Below, piece after piece: positions 28,955 through 37,517 of a stretch of DNA of 64,000 nt. How positions within the stretch are numbered: the first letter of the stretch is position 1; every line of letters begins with the position of its first letter. The notes beneath the pieces are model-generated. The model made no database searches and was not told the DNA's origin. It saw only the letters and a list, made by a program, of their open reading frames with translations. A program made the translations under genes and the position numbers. This DNA comes from Verrucomicrobiota bacterium (GTDB taxonomy: Bacteria > Verrucomicrobiota > Verrucomicrobiia > Opitutales > Coraliomargaritaceae), in the NCBI GenBank assembly GCA_039815375.1, contig JBCBZJ010000002.1, positions 1 through 64,000 on the forward strand, read 5' to 3'.

Positions 28955-29917
28955 ATGCAAAAGATAACTCTGACACTCTCACTTTGTTTCACGGCGCTTC
29001 TATTATCTACAGTCCACACTCTTGCTAAGGAAGAAAAGATCTTTATCGCCGTCATTGGTGGCACCTCTTTCGGTGCACCTGAGAAATTTGGCCAGGGCCT
29101 CGTTGAAAACGAAGGCTACATTCAGATCGAGACGCCCGTTGGTCTCGGACCAAAGCTCTACAAGATGCGCTACAAAGGGGTCCCCTTCTACTATGTGCGC
29201 ATGTATGGCTACGAAACCAAGATTTCTGGCGAGAATGATGGTAATGTCCATGTCCGCACCTGGTATTCGCTTTACAAGGCCGGTGTGACACACGCCCTAG
29301 GTGGCGCGAGTTCGGGTGCGATCCGCACTGACTGGGATTACGATGACCTTGTTATCATCGATGACTTCATGATCATGGAGAATCAACGCCCTCAAAACAT
29401 TCTGGATTATGCCGGGATTGATCGGCCTGGGATTTTTCCCAACTTTGCCCATCCTTTCAGTCCGTCTTTGCGGAAGCTCTTGATCGATGAGGCCCGGAAG
29501 GCCCAGCCTGGCTATACTGGCAAGCTCTGGGAGCACGGTGTCTTCTTTCAAAACAATCCCGGACGTTTCGAGACCGCAGCCGAGATCCGTGCCATGCGTA
29601 TCCTCGGTGGTGAAATCACGAGCTTGAATGTTGGAACCTGCACGGAATATGCGCGCCAGCTCGGCATCCGCTGGGCCACGATCTGCTCGATCGCCAATCC
29701 GGCCGTAGGCGTTCGCCCATTCAGTTTCAAGGACATGCAGGGCAGTGTGCAACGTATCGCGGCTCAGGCCATTCCTATCGTGCTTGAGACTATAGCCCGC
29801 ATTCCCGAAGAAGCAATGAATCCCGAGCCAATCAGCACCGGCGAGGTCTTCACCGGGTCCTATACCGATCCGGATGCAGAGTCGTCCAACATTATTGACT
29901 CGGACCGTTCAGAATAG
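28955..29917 (+). CDS. MTAP/MTIP-family purine nucleoside phosphorylase, exported, divergent
   Basis: IAVIGGT, ETPVG, PF...LR..L, PGRFETAAEIR, IANPAVG; signal peptide. Confidence 0.8.
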   Translation: MQKITLTLSLCFTALLLSTVHTLAKEEKIFIAVIGGTSFGAPEKFGQGLVENEGYIQIETPVGLGPKLYKMRYKGVPFYYVRMYGYETKISGENDGNVHVRTWYSLYKAGVTHALGGASSGAIRTDWDYDDLVIIDDFMIMENQRPQNILDYAGIDRPGIFPNFAHPFSPSLRKLLIDEARKAQPGYTGKLWEHGVFFQNNPGRFETAAEIRAMRILGGEITSLNVGTCTEYARQLGIRWATICSIANPAVGVRPFSFKDMQGSVQRIAAQAIPIVLETIARIPEEAMNPEPISTGEVFTGSYTDPDAESSNIIDSDRSE

Positions 29918-29931
29918 GTTCTGGCTAAAGT

Positions 29932-30933
29932 CTAGTCACCAATCATCGCCAACAGGCAATCGATACAGGCATTCTTTTCCGGTGCATTCCAGAGGGCCAG
30001 CTCGAATCCATTGAGTGCGATCCGGGCCAATTCGCTTCGGGTAAAACCGAGGTCGGCAGCCAGTGCGTAGTATTCCTCCGAAAGTGTATTGCCGAACATT
30101 AGAGGGTCATCGGTATTGATCGTGCAACGAATGCCGGAATCGTGTAGCTGACGGATCGGATGGTCTCGCATTCTTGATATGCCTTCGACTTGGAGTTTGA
30201 GATTGCTGATCGGGCAAATATCGAGACCGATATTTCGATCCCGAAGCATGTCGACAACACGGGGGTCCTCGACAGACCGAACGCCATGCTGAATACGTTG
30301 CGCGCCTAACTCTTCGATGCACTTTTGAACGAAACTTGCCGGCATGAATTCGCCGGCATGAGCTTTTAGGAATTTCCCTGCAGCACCTGCTTTCGCCCAG
30401 ATATCGGCCGTCCACGGCTCTAGTGGTAGGTCCTCAGGCCCGTGCAGATCGATACCTGCTAAATTGGACCAATTCACACAGTCGTCGATAACCGGTTGTG
30501 TTACCTCATCGTAGCTATTGTGCCGCATGCCGGCAAAAACACGGACTTCGAGCTCGTCAGGCGCGGCATCAAGAATTGCGTCGATGACTTCGGGGCCGTG
30601 CATTCCTTTTTGGGTGAGGAGGCCAATATGGAAACTGCACTCGACGTAGCGAACATTCTGGGCGGCGCAGTTTGTGAATGCCACTTTTGCACATTCATGA
30701 AATATTTGAGGAGTCTTGAAGACTGTCGTGGCGACTTGGGCGAAGATTTCCGTAAAATGGGTAAAATTTTCGTATCGAAAATCATCGTCCCACATGTAGG
30801 GGACTTTGCCGAACAGCCCCGGCGCATAACGTTCGATGAGTTCCAGCGGGCAGGAGCCTTCGAGATGCAGGTGGGTTTCAGTTTTCGGGAGACTCTGGAC
30901 ATAGTCTGCCAGTTCATCACTTACCTCATACAT
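29932..30933 (-). CDS. add: Adenosine/adenine deaminase family
   Basis: LPKTETHLHLEG, AHAGE, RIQHGV, ICPISN, INTDDP. Confidence 0.88.
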   Translation of the reverse strand: MYEVSDELADYVQSLPKTETHLHLEGSCPLELIERYAPGLFGKVPYMWDDDFRYENFTHFTEIFAQVATTVFKTPQIFHECAKVAFTNCAAQNVRYVECSFHIGLLTQKGMHGPEVIDAILDAAPDELEVRVFAGMRHNSYDEVTQPVIDDCVNWSNLAGIDLHGPEDLPLEPWTADIWAKAGAAGKFLKAHAGEFMPASFVQKCIEELGAQRIQHGVRSVEDPRVVDMLRDRNIGLDICPISNLKLQVEGISRMRDHPIRQLHDSGIRCTINTDDPLMFGNTLSEEYYALAADLGFTRSELARIALNGFELALWNAPEKNACIDCLLAMIGD

Positions 30934-30938
30934 CGCAG

Positions 30939-31817
30939 TTATTCGTAAGCCTTGATAACCGCATGCGTGCCTTTGTCTTCCAGACCATCCTCTACAATCT
31001 GATCAAATTTTACTTTCGCCAGCTTCAAGCCCGGCACGTCGATGCCCATTGTCTCGGCGGAGTCGATCGCAATCTGCATGTCTTTGACAAAATGCTTCAC
31101 ATAGAATCCGGGCTCGAAATCTCCTCGCAGGACACGAGGAGCAAGATTCGCTAAGGTCCAGCTTCCGGCCGCTCCCTTGCTGATGCTGGCAAGAACGGTC
31201 TCTGGATCGAGCCCGGCTGCCTTTGCATAGGTCAGGCTTTCACACATGGCTAACATGGTGGAGGCGATGGCAATCTGGTTTGACATCTTGGTGTGCTGCC
31301 CACTTCCGGCAGGGCCTTGAAAAACGATGTTGCTACCCATCAGTTTCAAGAGGGGGAGAATGGTTTCAAATGCGCTTTGTTCGCCACCGACCATGATCGA
31401 TAATCGACCGCTCTTTGCTCCGACGTCGCCGCCTGAAACCGGTGCATCAAGCGAATGCACCCCTCTTACGCTTGCAGCTGCAGCAATGCGTTGCGCTAGT
31501 TCCGGCTTCGAAGTTGTCATGTCGACTATGATCGACCCAGGTTTTGCTTCGCTGACGATCCCCGGTTCCCCGAGAAAGACCGACTCTACGTCGGGCGGAA
31601 AACCTACGATTGCGAAGATCACATCGCATTGTGCCGCGACCTCTCCCGGGCTATAACAAAGCTTCGCACCTTCGTTGACCAGTGCTTCTGCCTTTGCCTC
31701 GGTGCGGTTGAAAACAAACAGCTTGTAGCCAGCGGTCATGAGATGCGCAGCCATGGGCGCTCCCATCACTCCAGTGCCAACAAAACCAATCTTGGTTGTT
31801 TTTGAATCTACAATCAT
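30939..31817 (-). CDS. NAD(P)-dependent beta-hydroxyacid dehydrogenase (3-hydroxyisobutyrate DH / tartronate semialdehyde reductase family)
   Basis: IGFVGTGVMG, LDAPVSGGDVGA, GQHTKMSNQ, FVKDM; ATG 31817 follows the Rieske stop. Confidence 0.9.
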   Translation of the reverse strand: MIVDSKTTKIGFVGTGVMGAPMAAHLMTAGYKLFVFNRTEAKAEALVNEGAKLCYSPGEVAAQCDVIFAIVGFPPDVESVFLGEPGIVSEAKPGSIIVDMTTSKPELAQRIAAAASVRGVHSLDAPVSGGDVGAKSGRLSIMVGGEQSAFETILPLLKLMGSNIVFQGPAGSGQHTKMSNQIAIASTMLAMCESLTYAKAAGLDPETVLASISKGAAGSWTLANLAPRVLRGDFEPGFYVKHFVKDMQIAIDSAETMGIDVPGLKLAKVKFDQIVEDGLEDKGTHAVIKAYE

Positions 31818-31819
31818 TT

Positions 31820-32866
31820 TTAGGAAGTAAAGCTCTTGCCGAGACCGATCTTTTTCAACCAACGGCGAAAGGCAATCGACGCTTTGTCTGCCTTTGCATG
31901 AATCTCAAGGGACACTTCTAGCGGGATTTCCTCGGGCTTCTGCTTCTCTATCATGGCTCGATCCTCTCCCAGGATTTTACGTTCCCAGGCCAGCAGTTCT
32001 TCCACAGGCACGTCTTTGTCGAAATTTCGAGTGAAGACGACGATCAATTGCGAACGCCTGGCCGAGACTGGCGTGATGTTAATATGGATGATATGCTCGC
32101 GGCCACCCGGGTATCCGATGGATGTGCGTGTGCAGAAAGGAAGAAAGAGCGTGCGGTGCATGTGCCGTTGGAGCTGGTTCGTGTCTTCAATCGGCGAGTC
32201 ATCCGGATTGTGCGCTAAATAGTCGAACTCCATCGTCATCTCGTAATCGTTCTCGCTGAACGCATATTCCGCGCCTTGAGTCGCGCTCGATTCTTGCCCG
32301 AATGTGTTGCGATGTACGTAGGAGAAGTGTGCGTTGTCGATAAAGTTCTCGATCGCTCGACCGGCTGAGCAATCCCAAAGCTCGGGTCCCATCGTGAAGC
32401 GCAGGTAGTCCGGGTTGCCTGCTTCGGGTTCCCACGTGGGTAAACGGTTTTTGGGCTCGCCACTGAGACAGACCCAAATGAGTCCATACTTCACTTCATG
32501 CAGGTAGGTCTCCAGCCGGATACGTGAAGGTATTTTCCAGTTTGGATCGCTCGGGACTTTGCTACAACGGCCATCAGCTTCGTATTCGTATCCGTGATAC
32601 GGGCAGACAATACAACTGCCCTTGATCCAACCCGCTGTCATCGGGGCTCCACGATGCACACAGAGGTCCTTGGCGACGATGTAGCGATCGCCCAGTCTTG
32701 CGACGACCAGGTTTACATCAAGCAACTGCTTTGTGATCGGTTCATCCGAGATTTCCTCCTCCAGCGCAACCGGATGCCATTGGCCAGCAAGCGCCAACCA
32801 ATCCGATTCCGAGAAGGTGCATTCTTTCGGATATCTTGCGGTAGCGAGTGCCAGCGAGGACAACAT
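31820..32866 (-). CDS. Rieske non-heme iron oxygenase alpha subunit, VanA / methylxanthine N-demethylase (NdmA/B)-like
   Basis: CVHRG...CPYHG Rieske ligands; ENFIDNAHFSYVH iron motif; ED..IEKQKPEEIPL...EIH..ADK.SIAFRR C-terminus. Confidence 0.88.
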   Translation of the reverse strand: MLSSLALATARYPKECTFSESDWLALAGQWHPVALEEEISDEPITKQLLDVNLVVARLGDRYIVAKDLCVHRGAPMTAGWIKGSCIVCPYHGYEYEADGRCSKVPSDPNWKIPSRIRLETYLHEVKYGLIWVCLSGEPKNRLPTWEPEAGNPDYLRFTMGPELWDCSAGRAIENFIDNAHFSYVHRNTFGQESSATQGAEYAFSENDYEMTMEFDYLAHNPDDSPIEDTNQLQRHMHRTLFLPFCTRTSIGYPGGREHIIHINITPVSARRSQLIVVFTRNFDKDVPVEELLAWERKILGEDRAMIEKQKPEEIPLEVSLEIHAKADKASIAFRRWLKKIGLGKSFTS

Positions 32867-32877
32867 GGGTTGTTGAG

Positions 32878-32893
32878 AGCAATGTCTGTTCCA
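32878..32893 (-). promoter_or_regulatory. Putative sigma54 promoter for the Rieske-dehydrogenase-deaminase operon
   Basis: Minus strand TGGAACAGACATTGCT; ATG (32866) 13 nt after the C. Confidence 0.7.
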
Positions 32894-32909
32894 GATTTTC
32901 TCTTCAAAG

Positions 32910-32925
32910 TGGCACGTATGCGGCT
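32910..32925 (+). promoter_or_regulatory. Putative sigma54 promoter for the symporter
   Basis: TGGCACGTATGCGGCT (perfect -24, weak -12); ATG (32936) 12 nt after the C. Confidence 0.6.
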
Positions 32926-32935
32926 CAACAGCCTT

Positions 32936-34369
32936 ATGTCCGCATATGTCATCTGGGCTGGGTTGTTTTTGGCCCTCTATATTCTCTGGTTGGTTTCGCT
33001 GACCTTCAGATCCTGGGTGAGCAAGCCAGGGAGTTTGCGCGACTATTTCCTGGCGGGAAATGATGTGGGTTTTATTCCTTCTGTTCTAACCTTTTGGGCC
33101 ACTTATTTTAGCGCGGCCGCTCTGATTGGTGCCTCAGGCTATTACTATATCCACGGGATCGGTAACTTCTACTTTGCTTCGCTCGGATACTTCATACTTG
33201 CTGGTATCACCGGCACCGTGGGCGTGCGCCTGTTTCGCCTTTCTCGAGCGTATCCTGAGATTCGGTCACCTATTCAGCTTTATCTCCGGTCTTTCCGGTC
33301 GCCTGCGCTTGAGATGCTCTTTCTCGTCGTGACGTTGCTTTGCCTAGTGCCTTACATGGCGGCACAAATCACCGGGTTTGCTTGGTTAATCGAAAGTGCG
33401 ATTGGCCTGCCTTACCTTTGGACGGCGGCGGGAGCACTCGTGATAATCTTCCTCTATTCGGAATCAGGTGGTTTGAAGAATATCGTTCGCACCGACGTGG
33501 TCCAATCGTTGATGACGATTGTGGGCTGCATCGGGCTTATGGTGGCCTTTCTCTGGATTTACTGGGACTTTGATTTCGGCCGATTTCTCGAAGATGTGGA
33601 TGCGCTTCATGAACCTTCGCTTTTGGGACTTCCGGGGCCGAGGAATTTTTATACGCCCATCATCATCGTGAGTCTTGCCGTTTTGATCTCTGCAGGTGCA
33701 GTGCCGATGGCCCACAACGCACAGCGCTATATGATCGTTCGGGAGCTCAAGTATTTGAAGCGCCTGGTCTGGATGTTTCCTTTCATGGGTATCTTTGTGA
33801 CCTTTGTGGCGATGGTTCTCGGCTTGGGTGGGGCAGTGCAATTTCCGGGCCTCGAAACCGGAGACCAGGTAATTGGCAAGGTGACCGCCGCGGTTCCGGC
33901 TGTGATTGGGGCTCTGGCAACGATTGGTATTGTTGCGTCCACCATGTCGACAGCCGATTCGATTCTTCTAAGTGTTGGATTCATCGTGAGTGAGCAAAAG
34001 TATCGCGATCGTGCTCAGCAGGACGCTAAAAGCGTCCGTTCCTTAAACCGATGGTGCACGGGTGCAGTTGCGATCTTTTCGTTTGCCGCAAGTATTCAGC
34101 CGGGATTAGTGACAGAGTTTGCTTTCAACGCCTTCGGGGGCATGCTTCAGCTCGCTCCGGTCATGTTTGCCGGGGTTTACGAGCTTAGGATCTCGAGGCA
34201 ATGGGCTTTTGGCAGTAGCTTGCTTGGGCTGGGCATAGTTATTCTAGGTAACACACCGATTTACGGTCAGTTGCCAATTGCACCTGTCCCGCATTACTTT
34301 ACCGGATTTGTTCTGGCGACCGTGGTTCTACTGGTCGGCTGGGTTAGGGGGCGAACACAGCCCGTCTGA
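32936..34369 (+). CDS. Sodium:solute symporter (SSS) family
   Basis: DYFLAG, ATYFSA, GGLKNIVRTDVVQ, STMSTADS; about 13 TM segments. The 32594 start overlaps the Rieske gene and is rejected. Confidence 0.9.
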   Translation: MSAYVIWAGLFLALYILWLVSLTFRSWVSKPGSLRDYFLAGNDVGFIPSVLTFWATYFSAAALIGASGYYYIHGIGNFYFASLGYFILAGITGTVGVRLFRLSRAYPEIRSPIQLYLRSFRSPALEMLFLVVTLLCLVPYMAAQITGFAWLIESAIGLPYLWTAAGALVIIFLYSESGGLKNIVRTDVVQSLMTIVGCIGLMVAFLWIYWDFDFGRFLEDVDALHEPSLLGLPGPRNFYTPIIIVSLAVLISAGAVPMAHNAQRYMIVRELKYLKRLVWMFPFMGIFVTFVAMVLGLGGAVQFPGLETGDQVIGKVTAAVPAVIGALATIGIVASTMSTADSILLSVGFIVSEQKYRDRAQQDAKSVRSLNRWCTGAVAIFSFAASIQPGLVTEFAFNAFGGMLQLAPVMFAGVYELRISRQWAFGSSLLGLGIVILGNTPIYGQLPIAPVPHYFTGFVLATVVLLVGWVRGRTQPV

Positions 34370-34412
34370 TTGGAGCTGCTCAATAGCTAGAAGAGTTCAT
34401 CGATAGATTGAA

Positions 34413-34428
34413 TGGAATATGATATGCT
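34413..34428 (+). promoter_or_regulatory. Putative sigma54 promoter
   Basis: TGGAATATGATATGCT; ATG (34439) 12 nt after the C. Confidence 0.65.
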
Positions 34429-34438
34429 GTTGGAACCT

Positions 34439-34906
34439 ATGTTCAAAATAATCAAGCGAGTTATAACTCTCAACCTTCTTGGCTTTTCGGCAGTGCTCAT
34501 AGGCACTGGCTGTGCGACTCGAACGGTTGATCCCGTAGTCGACATTCGCGCGTCAGCGGAGGCGAACCAGTGGATGGAAACCTCGCTCTACTTCGGGCTA
34601 CGTCGTGTTGGTGGAAATGCGCCCTTTAAAGGTATTACCGAAGAGCGATGGGTTCAGTTTCTCGACGAAGAAGTTTCTCCGCGTTTTCCAGCCGGGTTCA
34701 CTGTGGTCGATGGATACGGTCAATGGATTCATATGGAGAATCCTGACAAGACGCCAAACCGTCTGGTCTCTAAGGTGATTATTCTGCTTCACCCTTCGAC
34801 GGAGGAATACCGGGCCAGAATCGAAGAAGTGCGGGATGTTTTTAAGGAGCAGTTTGGCCAGGAGTCCGTCCTTCGCGTTACTTTGGCTGCAGAAGTGTCC
34901 TTCTAA
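34439..34906 (+). CDS. DUF3574 family lipoprotein
   Basis: Lipobox-like IGTGC; LYFG, W..FLDEEVSPRFP.GFTV.DGYGQW, F.QESVLRV. Confidence 0.85.
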   Translation: MFKIIKRVITLNLLGFSAVLIGTGCATRTVDPVVDIRASAEANQWMETSLYFGLRRVGGNAPFKGITEERWVQFLDEEVSPRFPAGFTVVDGYGQWIHMENPDKTPNRLVSKVIILLHPSTEEYRARIEEVRDVFKEQFGQESVLRVTLAAEVSF

Positions 34907-35013
34907 GAGAGAACATTCCATGAAGGCCACCAAGTGTTTACGGTGTGCATCCTTCGTGTTTCTCGAAGGTAAGTCACGGTGTAAGCTGCTTCTTTTTCGG
35001 GCGATATCTATCT

Positions 35014-35538
35014 ATGCATTTATCTACCGTATACTTCCGTCGTTTTTTTATCTTTCTTTTCTCGCTGCACCTCGCGGCATTTGCATTTGGAGCAGGCTCA
35101 CCTTCGAAAAAGTCTACAGTGAGTGCGGCGGATCGTGAAAAAGAGGCAATCGAGCTCTACAACTCTGGAACTCAACTCCTTTTCGAGTCGAATTACGAGG
35201 CTGCTGAAAAAGCGCTAAAAAAAGCACTGAAGAAGAATAAGAAACTAGCCGAGGCTCACAACAACCTTGCTTTTGCTCTTCGCAAACAGGGAGCCAAGCA
35301 ATTCAAGCAAGCTTTGAAGCACTACAACACCGCTATCGAAATTGATTCCGAGATTGCCGAGGCGCGAATGTATCGAGGTGTTCTTTATGTCGCGATGGGT
35401 GAGGAAGCGCTTGCGAAAAATGATTTGAAGTGGCTCCAGTCGAACTCGCAAAAATTGGCAGTGGAGCTCGAGTGGGTGATTGAAAACGGCAAGGAAAAAG
35501 AGCCCGCTCAGTTCTTTGGTGTGTCGCAAAGAATCTAA
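35014..35538 (+). CDS. Tetratricopeptide repeat protein, exported
   Basis: AEAHNNLAFALRK...ALKHY..AI.ID...AEA.MYRG; signal peptide. Confidence 0.85.
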   Translation: MHLSTVYFRRFFIFLFSLHLAAFAFGAGSPSKKSTVSAADREKEAIELYNSGTQLLFESNYEAAEKALKKALKKNKKLAEAHNNLAFALRKQGAKQFKQALKHYNTAIEIDSEIAEARMYRGVLYVAMGEEALAKNDLKWLQSNSQKLAVELEWVIENGKEKEPAQFFGVSQRI

Positions 35539-35670
35539 GCGGATGTAACGCTTTCCGGTGATGGTAAGAAGTTGATCAGGGTGTCCTTGGTATTTCTCCT
35601 TACTCGTGTCTCCTTTGGTCTAAGGATTCCTGCAGCCTTAAGTCAGACCATAGGGAAGTGATCATATATA

Positions 35671-36228
35671 ATGGTGTTACGTCATCTCGCGATTCTTGTT
35701 TTGTTTCTCTGGTCCGCTGTCGCCGAGCAAATGATGAAACCACTTTTCCAGTTTACGGGCGATGCTCCAGCGAAGCCGTGGCATGCTACGAACGATGATG
35801 TGATGGGCGGGCTGTCGAGGGGCGAAGCAAAGCTCGTTGAGGATGGCATGCTCTTCAGCGGTGTCCTCTCTCTCGAAAATAATGGTGGTTTTTCCTCGGT
35901 CTATGCAGGTGGCCTTTTCGATCTTTCAGATTACACAGGTCTACGCTTTAGCGTCATGGGCGACGGCCGAACCTACGAGCTGCGGCTCAACAGTGATGCG
36001 ATGTTCCGCTCACGCAGCCCCGTTTCTTTTCGTCAAACCTTTGATACGATAGATGGTGAATGGATCGAAGTGTTTATACCCTTCAATGAGCTCAAGCAAA
36101 GTTGGCGTGGTCGCCAGCTCTCAGGTTACATTTTCAATCCCGAGAAGATCAGCCGCATCGGCTTCATGCTGACCGACAAGAAGCCCGGTGAATTCGCGCT
36201 TAGGGTCCGTTGGTTGGGTGCAGAGTAA
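35671..36228 (+). CDS. CIA30 family protein
   Basis: W...NDDVMGGLS, F.G.LSLENNGGFSS, GDGRTY. Confidence 0.9.
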   Translation: MVLRHLAILVLFLWSAVAEQMMKPLFQFTGDAPAKPWHATNDDVMGGLSRGEAKLVEDGMLFSGVLSLENNGGFSSVYAGGLFDLSDYTGLRFSVMGDGRTYELRLNSDAMFRSRSPVSFRQTFDTIDGEWIEVFIPFNELKQSWRGRQLSGYIFNPEKISRIGFMLTDKKPGEFALRVRWLGAE

Positions 36229-36274
36229 AAGAGAGTGTTTAATTGCTTCAAAAGCGACTGATTGAGTCCTATTC

Positions 36275-36290
36275 TGGTTCAATTCCTGCA
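36275..36290 (+). promoter_or_regulatory. Putative sigma54 promoter
   Basis: TGGTTCAATTCCTGCA; ATG (36302) 13 nt after the C. Confidence 0.55.
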
Positions 36291-36301
36291 TGATACCCGG
36301 T

Positions 36302-37345
36302 ATGTGCCGGATACTGGTCTTTTTTCTCTCGCTGTCATTCGTGCCGCTCTTCGGAGTTGAGCTGCATGAGGGATCTCTCAAAGGTGCTCCCTACCGTGTG
36401 GCGGTTCCGGAAAAATGGGAGACGGGTAAAGTATTCTTTCATGTCCATGGCTGGCGACCGGATGACGCCCTCCATCAGGCGGACCTCGACTTGAAAGATC
36501 CTTTTTACCAGAGTCTTTTGAAGCAGGGTTGGATTATCGGACGCACAGCATTTTTAAAGAACGGGGTCGATCACGACGCACACACAGTTGCACTGCGGGA
36601 CCTGAAATCGTGGATTGAGGAAAAGTTCGGCCCAATTAAGATGCTTATTCTGGAGGGCGAATCGACCGCTGGAACCCTTGTGCTTCGGATTGCTGAGCAG
36701 GATGTAGATCTCGCGGACGGTGTCATAGCGATGGGTGCCTACATCGACCTGAATGACCCGAGCGTGGATTCTTATCTTTCGGCTACACCTATGTTGCCTT
36801 CGATTTTGATGAGTAACATGACCGAGATCGCAGATCCACTAAAGTATGCAGTCAAAGCCGAGAGCGCTGTAATTCAGCCTTCTTTATGGCCTTTACTGCG
36901 GCCTGGACATGTCAATGTGAACTGGGTCGAACGGAAGGAAGCTTTAACGATGATGGTGCAAGCTATCGAGACTGGTGTGCCTTTGCCGCTTTTGACCGAT
37001 GGCACGCGTGCGGTGCCAACACGTGATACGGGAACATCGAAGGAGGACGGTGCAATCGTAAATGTTGTTACGGCAATCAATCCGTTTTACGGTAACGCCT
37101 TCCTGGGATTTCATCCGGACGAGCTTCTCTCTGCTGGACTGGTAAAAGGTAAGTCTTTTGAGATCGAGATTGCCGGGAATAGCTGGCCCGTTCTCTTTGG
37201 TGATTCCTATGGCGACGTGCCTCTGGGTGAGTGGGTCGCATTTCCGACTGCCGACGAGTTTATTCTTCTTGTCCGGAATCACAAAAGTGCGGTTGAGACA
37301 GCCGGACTCGAAGTGGGAGACCAGGTCCGTATCAGCTTGGAATAG
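36302..37345 (+). CDS. Exported alpha/beta-hydrolase-like domain fused to SAM hydroxide adenosyltransferase (DUF62/fluorinase) C-terminal domain
   Basis: HVHGW, LEGESTAG elbow, GH; C-terminal I.PFYGNA...SYGDVPLGE.VA......L.RN..SA....GLEVGDQV.I. Confidence 0.7.
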   Translation: MCRILVFFLSLSFVPLFGVELHEGSLKGAPYRVAVPEKWETGKVFFHVHGWRPDDALHQADLDLKDPFYQSLLKQGWIIGRTAFLKNGVDHDAHTVALRDLKSWIEEKFGPIKMLILEGESTAGTLVLRIAEQDVDLADGVIAMGAYIDLNDPSVDSYLSATPMLPSILMSNMTEIADPLKYAVKAESAVIQPSLWPLLRPGHVNVNWVERKEALTMMVQAIETGVPLPLLTDGTRAVPTRDTGTSKEDGAIVNVVTAINPFYGNAFLGFHPDELLSAGLVKGKSFEIEIAGNSWPVLFGDSYGDVPLGEWVAFPTADEFILLVRNHKSAVETAGLEVGDQVRISLE

Positions 37346-37517
37346 GCAATTTTCTGAGATTTGATGTTCTTTGCGTGCAAGTAGAAGTGACTTTGCGCGA
37401 AGGAGTTGAGCAAGAGATTTAATCGAAGTGACGAGTGAATACGTCCAGAATTGACTACGTTAATAATGCACCTTGGGAAATAGAATTTGCCGTGGTGTCC
37501 CCGATGATTCAATAACT

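Noticed and set aside
32594..32935. Long N-terminal extension of the symporter in the ORF track
   Set aside because: It overlaps the opposite-strand Rieske gene and its promoter; symporter-like sequence begins near 32936
35014..36228. TPR and CIA30 genes as members of the sigma54 nucleoside regulon
   Set aside because: No GG-N10-GC motif at the expected distance and no functional link evident; they may be passengers or read-through
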